Part shown: in pieces, positions 24,283 to 37,777 of the stretch | Numbering within the stretch: position 1 is the stretch's first letter | How the letters are laid out: the number at the start of each line of letters is the position of its first letter | Assembly (NCBI GenBank): GCA_025201805.1 | Contig: MU619353.1 | Span: 1-64,000, forward strand | DNA from: Parasitella parasitica NRRL 2501 | Lineage: Eukaryota > Fungi > Mucoromycota | Reading direction: 5' to 3' | Length of the DNA stretch: 64,000 nt | Made by a program: the position numbers and the translations under genes | The notes under the pieces: generated by a model | Databases searched by the model: none | Told to the model about the DNA's origin: nothing | What the model saw: the letters and a program-made list of their open reading frames with translations, nothing else

Positions 24283-27200
24283 CTAATGGCGATAAATATT
24301 TTCCATTTCAATAATCTTGGTATTATTCGAGTCATCGTATTCTGTGTCCATGTATGATGCTGCAGGAACCAGCGGACGTCTAGGCGAATACATGTCGCCT
24401 CTCGAGGATGTTGAGTAGTTGTTGTGCTGAAGCGAGAAGCTAATTCGATTTCCAAGTTTTCTGAAAGGATTCGTTGCAGATGTATTGCTGTTAATATTGT
24501 CGTGTGCAGAAAAACTGTTGCTGTAGTAGCTAGTTTTTGGTGGATCTACCAGATTTTGACTTTCCTCGTCTTCGTTGAATTTATACATTCCTCTAACACC
24601 TTCTGTAGAGTCGTCCAGTTCTAAATCTTTTTCCCCAATGCTCTGAAATTGCAATTCGCCTCCAGGACCTCCTGCATTGTTGTTTATGTGAATGACAGAT
24701 ACATGTCGTACACTCTTTTGTCTTGTCATCCGACTGATGAAGGCTTTCTTGTTGGCTTTATTGTTGGTGGTACCATAAAGTTTTGGCAGCAAATGACGGA
24801 CTCGTTCATGAACCATAGGCACTGGAAGCTCTGCAAAGAAGGCAGGATCGCCAAACCGATATCCAATCGAGTTTTTGGCTTTTCTAGTCAACCCATTGTT
24901 ATTATCCTCAAAGTCTGTTGTAGTTGTAGATGCAGGGCCCTCCATTCTTGGTGCGTAGTAATAGACGCGCTTATCAAAACGAAGATTGCAGACAACTTTG
25001 AACAAAATAGTCAATAGAGGCAATGGCAATATAGAAAAAGAGGGTGTACGAGCGCTCTTCAGGCTGAGGACACTAATCATGATGATCTGGAACAAAACTG
25101 TCGATACCAGCAGACGGTTGAACAGTAAACGCCATATTTGACCACCAGTCTCTACTTCCGTAACAAAGACATACATCAAGAGATACTTGAAGACCATTGT
25201 GGCCAGGAGAAAATAGATCATGGTAAATGGTAAAACGAGTGGTGCAATCACCGAGTAGACGAGACCAACTGTGAAGAAAAACAGCAGTATGTTGTAGAAC
25301 AGTGGGTAGTCAAATGGCGTGGGTCTCGTAAATTCTATGTGAAAAGTGAGTATGTTAAAGAATTGGGGCCTGAAAAAGATCATTTCCTTCTGTTATTACC
25401 TTGCAATTGACGTGGACTAGGTCTGGTAAAGAGCTTCCTAAACGCATGAATCGATATGGTGTTATCAATAATATATACATATATCATTGAGGTGGCATAA
25501 ATGCACTTACCTCAAAGTCACTGTCAACAGTACAGCAACTTGTGCTAAATCAACTATAACACCAAGCCCTTTCAATGATACATAATTAACCCAATAAGTC
25601 GAAACGTCTGTTGCAAAAGGTTGAGTGAGTGTTTCGTACATAGTATGTTTTGTGTAAGCATACCGCTCAAATTCTTTACGACTTGGGTTAGATTGCCACT
25701 CATTGACGAAAAGAACTCTTTCGCTGTCAAGGTAGTACCATTGACGACAACCTTCTGTATCTCTGCGTAGACGGCGATGAGAGTCGAAGACACGGTAAAG
25801 ACCAGCAGGTTGTTGATGATGAAAAAGATAAACAGCTTGGACAGCACTTGGCGATCTAGACTTGTACCTGTTATGTAGCCCTGCTGCTGCGACATGAATC
25901 GCAATATCTTGGGCAAAATAAAGAAAAAAATGGCCATGACAATAGGTGTAAACCACGAGCTAAGCAGAGACACAAACGTTCTATGCTCTTTCATAAACTG
26001 TGTTGATCCTGGAAACAAGCGCAAGAAGTTTTTGACATTGGAGGAAGCAGACAAGAAGCTGGAAGGAATAAACCAAAAAAACACAAAGCCGTAAAAGATG
26101 CAAGTAATAATCAGTCGTTTTGTTCGTTTGACATGCCCATTGAGAGACAAGTTGGACCAGATAATGTCTTTTGGCTGCGGTGCAAGCACAATTGAGGGAG
26201 TAGGGCCTTCACTGATACGTTTCGGCAAGGATAACAGTGGTGATGACGACGAAGCAAGATGTTTAGCATTTGCGTGAGCCCAGGCTACTTTGTCGTACGA
26301 AATCCATCCATAATTCATCTTTTTGCTTGTTGCTGTCTGCGACCGTGCCTCTGTAATCTTTTCTTGTAATTCCTGCACTTTCTCAGAGTAGTGGTTGATG
26401 GCGTCTACTTTGATGCCTCCAAAGCACCCTAGATATCCTCCAATACGTTTAAGGGGCCTTTTCTCACTCTTTACCATTTTACCGTCTAATACATGAACAA
26501 AGCTTTCATCAGATCATTATGTTATGCATGCATATATCCAAAATAAAGCCATGGGCAAATGCCTACCTCGTAGATGGTTTGATAAAATAATTTCAAGTTG
26601 CCTTACAGCTTCTTCGTGCTCTTCCACGTATTTTGCCAGTTCTGGATTGTGTGCACCTACACACACTTGCTGAGCAGGGTACTTGAGCCCTAATGAATTT
26701 ACCCATTTTGTCAATGCTTCGTCAGATCGCATCGACGACGGTATGTTGAATATCATTAACGAGCGAGCGTGCATTGATTTCTGGTATTCGTCGCTTTCAA
26801 AATACTGCTGTCTGAACAGTACGTTGTTTGTATAGAACCGCCACAGAAAATAAAATATGATGATTGAGAATATCCATGTTCCAGCAGCATGGCACCAGTA
26901 CCAGTTGAGATCGCCATTTGCACCATGGAATTTGCCGTCGTAATAGTTGATGGTTGATATAGACAAAAACTCGACCCCTGGGGCGGGTGGCCATTCACTA
27001 TTTCGGTATTATATATAAGTCTTTCCTTTTCCTGCAACTGATTTCATGTACATCTTTTTTTTTTTTTTTTACCCTGTATATGATGTGGCCACAATGTTGA
27101 TTGGGATAATAACACACACGCCAATAAACGTCATACAATAAAGCATCCTTCTAATCATCCGTATAAACTGGATGAAAAGGGTTGCGTCAAATCCAATTTT

Positions 27201-27631
27201 TTCTATTAGAACTTCATCGGGCGTATACATTACAGGCCTGAACCAAGCAAAGAAACCTAGGATTTTTTTGCATGTAAAGCTTTCAATATTGATATCTTTA
27301 TGTATACAAGTCATTCTATACCATGTCCAAGCTCAGGCGGCTGTTTTCTGCATTGTGCATGTTAGTAATTTTTGTCAACGCAATACGATACTTCAGCTTA
27401 CGTTTTGGTGGCGTATTTATACTTTGGTGCGTATACAACTATATATGTATGCAAGTCCGTATCAGCAGCAAATTCATTGTCGAACTACTAAACCTTACGT
27501 GAGTTATTGGGCCGCAATATGTTAAACACAACCAAAACTGCCACAGCAATTCCAATGTTGATCCCTAATTGCGTTGCCATGCCAGATAGTGATAGCTCAG
27601 ACTCCTCGTTTCTGTCAGCTTTAGTGCCCAT
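24283..27631 (-). CDS. OSCA/TMEM63 (Csc1/RSN1, DUF221) channel, multi-exon
   Basis: LRPNNSLVYAPK, KIGFDATLFIQF, ARSLMIFNIP, KVDAINHY, LAPQPKDIIWSNL, GLVYSVIAPLVLPF, FKYLLMYVF..ETGG; many TM helices. Confidence 0.9.
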
Positions 27632-28656
27632 TGTAATTGTATATTGTCAAAGAAAAAGAGGTAAAAGAACTGCATCCAAGAAAATTAATATATAGGGGGG
27701 GGGGGGAAACAGACAAAGAAATCAAGGCTTGCAATTTGCATGTGTGTAACATGTCGATTTTTTTTAGCTTTTTGATCCTCTCTCGTGGTGCATACAAAAT
27801 TACGGTGCAGAAATTACAATGCTGCCTCATTGTCATCATTGTAAACAATGGCTACGGTAATGTTTTTTAGTGTCAATTAGCGTGAAGAGCTATTTGCATA
27901 TGCAATTAAATTAGTGTATACATCCCAGGATTGCTCATTCATTACATATGTATATATGGAAAAGGATACAGAAGTTTACGTGGTTCTGTACTCTTTTGTA
28001 TTGCGTAAAACTCACTCCATTTTATACCCACATGTACATGAATTAATCGAGTTTGACCACTATTTGCAGTTATGATATCAATAAAGCTTTATGAAACTCG
28101 CAATGTCAAGAGTCTCTGGCTGTCTTGAGTCAAAGTGGTTATTGGAGATGCAGCAATAAGGCCAATGTCGCTTGAGAGCACTATGGTCTTAAAGTTGCGG
28201 TTTGCCATCTGATTATGCCGTTGATGGCTTTGGAACGTATCGGAAAAAGCCCAGCTACGCAGAGACCAGATATTCCTCATCACTGCAACACCTTAACCTT
28301 GGAAGTTTGCTGTTCCGAAGATATTATATAAAGAAAGAAGTTGTGAGAAATCGTGCTGTGAATGAAATGACATATCATTCATACTCGAATGTGCTGTCAA
28401 AAATTATCCCATGGGAGACGAGCCTTACACAAAAGAGTAAAATAGAACAACACGTAATAATGCTAGAAGTAGACAAAACTTCAAAGTACTCACAGATAAT
28501 CGTTTTTTGACCAGATAAGGAAAAAGAGACAGTAGTGTTGCGCTCCCCACATGTACACTGAGGTTCAAAAAAAACATCTTTAAATTTGATGAGCTTGAAG
28601 TAACATCGTTGTTCATTTCTTCACTTTTTTATAAAAAAAAATAAAAATATATATAA

Positions 28657-30586
28657 ATGTCTTTGGATAATCGTACATTACAAACTGTTGGCTTTGCAAG
28701 TGTAGCAGCATCAGCCATCATCGCTGCATTGACAGTCAAATACAATGATAGGCCGTTGTTTTATGAACACCCCAAGGGCATTGCTCATAAAGGCGGCTAT
28801 CCCATCGTTGGCAACCTTACCCGCTTGCTGGGCAACATTGACCGAATCTATGATTTTCAGACTGAGCAGTTTGAACAGGTGGGCGCATTGACTATGTAAG
28901 GAGCTATTTTGTTTTTGTTTTCATGTCCAATATCAAAGCAGTTGAGTAATAAATGTGTACATCAAGGACCATGCCAGTCGCAGGAAATCCAACTTCCGTC
29001 ATGACGATTGATCCTCAAAACATAGAATATTTTCTCAAAGGTATATAAAAATGCATGATTCTTGAATTAAAAACTAAAAAAAAACAAAAAAAAATGAACA
29101 AATGTATACATTTACATAACCCAGGCAACTTTAAAAACTATTTAAAGGGTCCTAAATTCGATAGTGCGCTTCATGAGCTTTTGGGTAATGGCATCTTCAA
29201 TGCAAATGGTGAGAAATGGAAGTACCAGCGTAAAGCAGCAAGTCATATCTTTAATGTCAAGAATTTTAGAGACGAATTTACAGAGTATGTTGATTTATAG
29301 CTGCCACCGAATTTCCTTTACTAAACTGGCTGCAGTGTATTTGTCAAAGAAATGCTTGTCATGTGCGACCAGATCTTGGATAAAGCTGCAGATGAGGGCT
29401 CAATCGTAGATTTCCATGAACTCATGTTCAAGTTTACGCTGGATTCGTTTGTCTAGTAAGTGGTTCTCTGCAAAGCATGTATATATATATATATATGTGC
29501 TAACATGTTGAAAATAGCCTTGGTTTTGGTGTTCAATTGGATTCGCTTCTCAAGGAAGAAAAGATGCCTTTTGCAGTATCCTTCGACCATTTACAGAGAC
29601 TTGGCGCACTCCGCTTCGTCAATCCATTCATGCCGCTGACAGAGTCTATTGGCAAGATTCTCACTCCATGGAAGATGAGCACTGCAGACCATGTGCAAGC
29701 AGTGGACAAATTTGCCGAGGATGTGATTACTCAAAGACGAACAGAAATTGCTGAGGGCGTTGAAGGACACAAAGACCTACTTTCACGTTTCATGAACACT
29801 CTCAACGAGAATGGTGAAAAGCTGAACGACACGGAACTGCGCGATACAGTATTAAACTTTATCATTGCTGGCAGAGACACCACAGCTCAAGCATTATCGT
29901 GGCTATTCTACAACCTGTCATTGCAACCACGTATTGAAAAGAAGATCCTCGAGGAAATTCAAGATAAAATATCTGATGACGCTGAAAAAGATTCGCCAGC
30001 TCTTTACGAGATTATCAATGGCTTGCCCTACCTCCACGCAGTGTAATTAATATTCCCTGTGTTTATATATCTACAAGTGTATTTAACCGACAGTTAATGC
30101 CAACTAGGTTCTTTGAAACTCTTCGTTTGCATCCTTCAGTGCCTTCAAATCAAAAATATGCTCTTGAAGACGACGTCTGGCCTGATGGTACTGTGATTAA
30201 AGCCGGCTACTATGTTAACTGGAGTCCATATGCTCAAGGCAGGAGCACACAGGTTTGGGGACCTAATGCAAAGGAATTCTACCCTGAAAGATGGATTGAC
30301 GAGGAAGGTAACCTTCGTCGTGAAAATGCTGGTAAATGGCCTGCATTCCATGCAGGACCTCGCATTTGCTTGGGTAAAGACTACAATGATAATGCGGAAA
30401 CAAACTTTTACTGAAATATCATTGTTTGTAGGACAAAATTTAGCTACTCTGGAAGCATTGGTTTGTGTTGCCATGTTGTTGAAACGCTACACGTTTAAAC
30501 TGGTTCCTGGTCAACATGTTACATATGAACTTTCCTTGACTTTACCAATGAAGAATGGCATGAAGGTTTCCGTTGAAAAGCGTTGA
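28657..30586 (+). CDS. Cytochrome P450, CYP86/CYP704-like fatty-acid hydroxylase type
   Basis: LLGNGIFNANGEKWKYQRK, I-helix AGRDTTA, ETLR, PERW, heme motif FHAGPRICLG. Confidence 0.92.
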
Positions 30587-30713
30587 TAGTTTTTTCTTTC
30601 TTTCTGTCTATTTAATATAATATATTACAATTATCCATCCCTGTGTGTATGTTGTTATTTGCTGTTTATTATTACAAAAATATTAGTGTATTAGACGGTT
30701 CAAGGCGATTCGG

Positions 30714-31253
30714 TTAAATTCCAACTACGTTAACTTCGCCATTGGCAACTGCCTCCATGGATTTCTTGTGGACGAGGTAAAAATTGAGGTAATACGTGAA
30801 CAAAGCTACTGCAGCGAGCCTAAGACAGATTGTTGAATATTGCAATAAATTATAAATTGAATGTGCACTTACATAGCACCGTTGTTGCCCATCGAATCTT
30901 TGGATTTTAATGTCTTTCTGGTATTTAAAGTAGCAACGATACCAAAATAAGCAGCAATCCAAGGGATGATTTTATAACGATTCTATAATACACAAGCCAA
31001 CATGTAAGCATCACGAATAGTATGAGTCGGTATTATGTATTACTCTTGTCATGATAGCGCCCATAGCTATAGATTAGCAGCACGAAATGTGAGTTAGATA
31101 GTCGACAAAATAATGTACGGCAAACTTACAGATTATAGTAGCCAACAAATGAGACCAGTCTTCCTCTTCGTCGCTTTTGCGGGGAAGGTGAAAAGGTACA
31201 ATAGCTTCCTCTCTGCGAGGATCCTGTTTGGATGACGATGATGATGAAGACAT
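30714..31253 (-). CDS. PAT complex subunit Asterix (WDR83OS/UPF0139) homologue, four exons
   Basis: Three GT-AG introns give MSSSSSSKQDPRREEAIVPF...DWSHLLATIISMGAIMTRNRYKIIPWIAAYFGIVATLN...AMLAAVALFTYYL. The DPRR motif and three short TM helices match Asterix. Confidence 0.82.
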
Positions 31254-31394
31254 GTTAATTCGTATGCAATGGAGAAAGGGTAAAACACGTTGATGTTGGA
31301 CTTGTTAAACATCCGTTTCCATGGTATTTATTGTGACTACATGGAGACCTATTTTCACTCTTTCTTCTCATCGCGTTTGATTTACCTGTTCGAA

Positions 31395-32712
31395 ATGGCT
31401 ACTAAAAAGTAAGTTTCTCTGGCGCAAAGCTTCATAGTAGTCATCTAACAGCTTTGAAAAAAAACAAAAAAAACAAAACAAAAGAGCACGCCAAGATTAC
31501 ATTTGTCGTGTAAGGTATCGTAATGTACTTCCACCAGTACCTTACGCTCCAAAAATGATTACGATTCCATCTCTGATTGAACGACATGTGCCGTATCAAT
31601 CAACAAGTCTAGTTGAACAAACACCCTATTCACTAACCATGGATCAAAGTGCAGCTATACCTTTTGATAAAGCTCTCGTCGACTATTTAGACGCTATGGA
31701 GAGTAACCCAGAAGAAGGTTTGTGCCAAAGTGTGCACCATATTCTTGTATTGATTGTTAAACATTGATAAAANNNNNNNNNNNNNNNAAAAAAAAAGCAT
31801 CCAGACCTATCGAAGAAGTTGCAGAAGAAGATAAAATCTTGTTGACAGCACCTAGAGATGGAGAAAGCAGCAATGGAATGTACACCAGAAAACCCAATGT
31901 TACCTGGTTACGTCGTTCAGAGTACATTGCTCAAGAAACTCGAGGCGTATCCAATAGAAAAGAAGGCGTTGAGAGTAAATTTGCAATGTCTGGTGCAGCA
32001 GCAAAGAAGCACAACTACTATACGCCTCAAGACCAAATCGCAGGTGTCGAGAATACGTTCAAGCGATTCGATCCCAACACACTTCGACATCCCCAAACTA
32101 AATCCAAAGCCAAAAAGATCACACCCTTATTACCAGATATGCAATGCTGGGATAACATTTATACAATTGGCCAATTCAGTGCTGAACCAGCAGATGAATC
32201 TAGATTACAAAAGAGAAAGAATGCAGAGTCATCGCCCGACCACGATGGGTCAAAACGACTTCGACCCTCTGAACTGGATGCCACTGATCGTGGCATTCTT
32301 AGACCCATGGTCAACCCTCACGATCCTGACGACACCTATCTGGTTTGGTTTTTGCCAGACAGCGACAGTACAAAGAGACTTGTGCATCAAAAGCAAAACC
32401 CAACGGACGGGCTATCCGAAAGCATTCTCACCTACAATGCTGTGTGCGACTACGAATATAAAAATGACGCTGGATCGAGTAGTAAATACCTGCTTATTTC
32501 GATTCATGATGACGATAATGGAGAGAGTGCTGTGTACTGTCCTATTAGAAGCAAGATGGTTGTTCGCAAGAAGAGGGCTCTGGTAATTTTCGTCATGCGT
32601 TTTTTTTTTAAAGATCATACTAATCTGTATTTCTTATTTTTAGAGCGCAAAATTCAGATACTTGGACGACTACGAAAAGCCAAATGTTTTGACTGTAACT
32701 TATACGAAATAA
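31395..32712 (+). CDS. PAF1: RNA polymerase II-associated factor Paf1
   Basis: DYICRVRYRNVLPPVPYAPK, EEDKILL, VTWLRRSEYI, QIAGVENTF, HPQTK..ITPLLPD. A 15-N gap lies in an intron. Confidence 0.85.
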
Positions 32713-32875
32713 AAGAAAGGGTAAAAGTGTCGCCGGATATATCACACTTGTCATCACATTAAAATGTGGGGAAAAAATCTAAAAACGTATATATAAATCC
32801 AATTAGTATAATTCGACCTTTGCGCATTCTTTTCTTATTTTTGTTACTATTTCATTTTGACTTTATTTTTTTACA

Positions 32876-35257
32876 ATGGCTGTGAGATTTCCAAAGCATT
32901 TGAAGCCACTAGAGCCTCAAGGAACCAGTTTATTACAACACGAACGTACCAATGCCACATTCAAGTCCAACGACCTAATGGAGTACATTTATGGCAAAGA
33001 GTATCTGCAAACCAGGGATCGAATTCTCCAGATCCTTCAAAATGACACTATTCTTGGTGACAAATCTCATCGTTACTACAATGGAAGGGATTTCCGTTTC
33101 AAGAAATCGTTGGCTGCTGCAAAAAGATTAGCAGAGTTAGTAAGGCAAGTGAATTTTGGCCACTTTAATGTGGGACAAGAGGGATGACTTATGCTGTTTG
33201 CCCTGTACAGAAAGCATCAATGGAGCGACGAAGAGTTTGGCATTGCAGAATTCCTGTTTGACGAGCCAAGTCCTGTAAGTGTAAAAGTGGGCATTTTGCT
33301 TTTTACGTAACAACTTGACTTACAGTCTGTAGTTCCGTCTTCATCGAAGTATGTTTATGCCTACCATCCTGAACCAAGGTACCGAGGAGCAAAAAAAGTT
33401 GTATCTCGAACCTGCCATGAGATATGAAATCATTGGCTGTTATGCTCAAACAGAAGTAAGTGCTTGGTTTCCTCAATTGATCGATGATGTGAGATTTTAA
33501 CGTGTTGGCTCAGCTCGGCCACGGATCAAACGTACGCGGTCTGGAAACAACAGCAACCTACCAGCCAGAAACTCAAACGTTTGTCTTCAATTCGCCTACA
33601 TTGACATCCTCTAAATGGTGGATTGGTGGTCTTGGCGTGGCTGCAAACCATGCTATTGTGATGGCTCGCCTCATCAGCAACGGCAAGGACCATGGCCCTC
33701 ATCCTTTTATTGTCCAAATAAGAAATTTGGAGAACCACGAACCTTTGGAAGGTGTTACAGTAGGAGACATTGGCCCCAAATTTGGATTTAATACTGTCGA
33801 TAATGGCTTTATCCTATTTAACAATATGCACGTACCACACATCGCCTTGTTGGCCCGTTACTCTAGCATCAACAAAGCTACTGGCGAATACATTACACCG
33901 CCCAACTCTAAATTAGCATATGGCACTATGGTTTTTGTTCGTGCAAACATTGTCCTAGGTAAGCTACTGGTATCTCTTGCGATTGCATTTCACTCATGCG
34001 TCTGTTAGAATCTCGCTATGTGCTTGCAAGAGCTGCTACTGTCGCTGTCCGTTATTCAGCTATTCGTAGTCAGGGCTCGGACGCTACCAATCCAAAGAAA
34101 ATCACTGCTAGCGATGGCACCATCAAGGCTGTTGAAACCCCAGTGCTGGACTACACTATGCAACAGTATAGATTGTTCCCTATCATTGCCCAGGCTTATG
34201 CATGCCATTTTACTGGCCAAGAAATGCATCGCATGTATTATGAAAATCAAGAAAAGATGGCTCAGGGTGATTTCTCTTACTTGGCTGACCTTCATGCTTC
34301 TTCCTCTGGATTGAAGAGCTTGACTACTACTTTGGCTGTATCTGCTATTGAAGATTGCCGTCGCGCTTGTGGTGGACACGGCTACTCTTTGTTCTCAGGG
34401 CTTGGCCAATTTTATCAAGATTACCTTCCTAAAGCTACTGTAAGTACCATGCGACGCTTTATAGGACTCTGCATCGTTAACTAATTGTTTACTAGTGGGA
34501 AGGTGACAATTACTTGCTGACCCAACAAACCACCCGCTACCTGCTCAAGACAATGAGGTCTGTTCGTGCTGGCAAAATTAGCGCCAAGAATGCAACATTT
34601 TCCTCTGAATATATCTCTGAATATCTCTCTAATCCTCAGGCTTCATGTCCATTCACCTCTGTCAATGACTTGAATAACCCTGAAGCTTTGCTATCTGCCT
34701 TCAAATTCCGTGCTGCTTTCTTGGTTGATAAGGCTGTGCATGCCATTGACGTCGAACAAGCCTCCTGGAACGACATGTTGGTGGAAATCTATAGAATCTC
34801 TCGTGCCCACTGTCAACTCTTGATGGTGTCTAACTTTGTCAAGGCTGTATTCAACGATAGTGTCATGGCCAAGTCAGATATCGGTAAGGCTCTTCAACGC
34901 GTAGCTATTCTTTTCTGCCTTTCGACATTGGAACAAGAGGCTGCTGATTTCTTGACCTCTGGCTATCTTTTACCGGATCAAGCTTTGATGATCAAGCAAC
35001 ACATTGTCGCAGTCTTGAAGTGGATTCGCCCAGATGTCGTTGCTCTTGTTGATGCTTTTGGTTTCCCTGATTACCTTTTGAATTCTGCTTTGGGTGAAAA
35101 TGACGGAAATGTCTATGAAAAGATGACATCCATGGCTGAAAAGGAGCCCCTCAATCAAACAAAGGTTGCCGATGGATATGAGGAATACATTCGTCCACTT
35201 GTTCATAGCGGAAAAAGCGCTTGGAAGATTGATCAAAACGGTGTTGCGAGACTCTAA
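32876..35257 (+). CDS. POX1: Peroxisomal acyl-CoA oxidase
   Basis: [59 protein letters not shown]; C-terminal PTS1-like ARL. Confidence 0.95.
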
Positions 35258-35321
35258 ATGTAAATAAATTATAGATATCATACTATTCTCTGGCCATATT
35301 CTTACACCTGCACTTGAACTG

Positions 35322-35352
<31 letters not shown>

Positions 35353-35615
35353 AACATTGGCCATTTATCATATAGGTGTGTGGCTACATGCGTTTTTATA
35401 TTCTTGATAAACGTAGTATATATATTTATATACGTATACCACCACAATCAAATAACCGAATGGGCCTTGGGTATAAAATATTGATCGCAGAATATACGTG
35501 GTTGACACCATTAAATTTAGACAAGAACAGTGATTCAGCAACAACCCACTTTGTATATTTATGTATATATATAGAGAGAGAGAGAGAGAAATTATATACA
35601 ACGATTTATTACTTA

Positions 35616-37777
35616 TTACTGCGAGTGGATCGGGCATTCCTTTCCTTTTGCAAACCAGGTACTAATGCAATGGCCATGGTACGAGCACATGCAATTTAAA
35701 CGAGTGATAGTGTCTCCTACGAGCATCATTAAACATATAAGAATTGTGCGAATAAACCAGCCAATGCAAATTTCAATTATCGACATTATTACCTGACGCA
35801 AACTCCTCAAAGCAAATTACGCATTCCTGTCCGATCAAGGTGGAGCTTGGTGTTATTTTATATACTGGCGTGATTTTACATTAGCAATGCATTGCTCGAC
35901 ATATAAACGTAGACATTAAACACTATACCAACATAGCGGATGCCACCCGCGTTGATTTTGCATGAATCCATTGAAAGACAGACTTGCACATGGTCTTCTT
36001 GTTCTTGCGTGCTCAAATTAGAAAGTCTTCTGCAACAAACTGGGCATTCTGACATGATGCTGTTTGCTCTTTTCTTGGTAGACATGCTGATTTCAGAGAC
36101 CACGGTATCAACGCAAGTGTCGCAGATTCGCTGAGGCTGCAGCGAGTTTTCTGCGTCTGGAGTGACGTTTGGAGGTTGGATTATCTGATTACTAGGAAGA
36201 AAGGCCCGATTTGCGGAACAACGATCGCAAATCACTTGTCCACATTTCCTGCAATGGTGTCTTCTCGTAAGAAAGTTGAACCAGCGGTGACATCTTCTGC
36301 AATCAAGAGCTTGGTCATTGCTTTCCCAAGACAGCAGAGTGCTGTTTGCCGGCTGTTGCTGCTGCCCCTCCTCTGCGACGACTGGTATAATTTGATGGGT
36401 ATTGTTTGCCGATATTTGCTCTTGCAATAACGGCTGCGGTAAAGTTGAACATCCAATAAATATAGATTGTGCTTTTGTCATTGTTGTGCTTACTGACGTA
36501 CAGGTTTTGCTTTCAAACGTGGAAACGGAATGTCGAGATAAGTCTATTTCGAATAGCGTATAAATGAGAAAAAAACATGGAAAGAAGAGAGAGAGGAGGA
36601 AATCACAGCAATTTTTTACCTAAACTATGGTTATCATCACTGTCACTGCTATCACTGTTACTGCTCATGCTCTGATCATGCATTGGGGTATCTTCTGTAG
36701 ATATTTCAACGACTTTTTTCATTATCCTTATCCACCGACGTTTTTTGATCCAGCAAGAATCCTGCCCTGAATTTTGGCCAGTGGACCAACCATCGTAGCT
36801 CAGGTCTGGGAAGGTGAAATCGATAGTCCAATCTGATAGCCAGAACCACGATGTATTAGGTAACGCTACTTTGGATCTGCTCGGTATGACTTGATCACGA
36901 TGGTACCATTTTGTTACTGGCTTGCCAAACAAGTTGATGTAGGATGAGTTGTCGGCAACAACCTCCAATAGCACCACTGGTATCGTCACGTGGAAGTCGA
37001 GTGGAAGCAACCCATATCGCATTTCGCATGTCTCAAGCACCTGACAGAGATAGGCTTCTCCTGCTGCTGCTGCTACATCATATGCCGTTTCGCCAAACTT
37101 GTTTTTTAAAATCGGATTTGCATGATACTTTTCCAATAGGCTCGTGACTATATTAACATGGCCCTTGGATGCCGCATTCACTACACATGGTTAAATTACA
37201 CACGGATCCACATTATTAGCCGTTCTTCTTACTTAATGGAGTATGCCCCTTTTTGCTAGCGATATTGACGTTGATAAGAGGCTGATTCAGCAGAAACTCA
37301 ATGATTGACAGGCTTCCAAAGGAACAAGCATTGTGCAAAGCAGTCCAGCCATCTCGATCCTGACGCAAGTAGTTGGCATTTGCCTTGTTGACTAGATACA
37401 TGACAACAGCCAGATGACCTGCATAGGCTGCTTTCAAAAGCGCAGTCTATAGTTTATGTACATTGAACATTAGCCATTGTGGATTTATCAAAAAGGGTTG
37501 CAGCATGATAGACACTTGCCTCTCCCTCCTTATCCGTAGCGTCTACTTGGCATTGACTTGTTTCCACCAAGTATTCGACTAGATCAACGTGTCCTCTTGA
37601 AGCAGCAAAATGAATTGGCCGGAGACCCGTTGTTGCATGAGGCAAATTTGGGTCGCAGCCGTTTGCTATCAGTCTTTGCACAAGCGTCAGTTGTCCGCTT
37701 GCAACCGAGCGATGTATGTTGGCACCGGTGAACGGTGTCTCATTTAAATTCAACGCAGATGCGGCAGCGGTTGTCAT
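35616..37777 (-). CDS. Ankyrin-repeat / DysF-like / FYVE / RING-H2 protein (Pib1-like C-terminus), putative PI3P-binding E3 ligase
   Basis: Ankyrin repeats (GLRPIHFAASRGH, GWTALHNAC, GHTPLMNAASKGH); WFWLSDWTID...DGW...KRRWIR; FYVE WESND...RRHHCRKCG; spliced RING CVICFEEF...LNCMCSYHGHCISTW...CPIH. Confidence 0.85.

Noticed and set aside
28100-28330. Fragments resembling dehydrogenase motifs (VKVVIGD; DGFG/RIGK across a frameshift)
   Set aside because: Too short, in inconsistent frames, with no continuing similarity.
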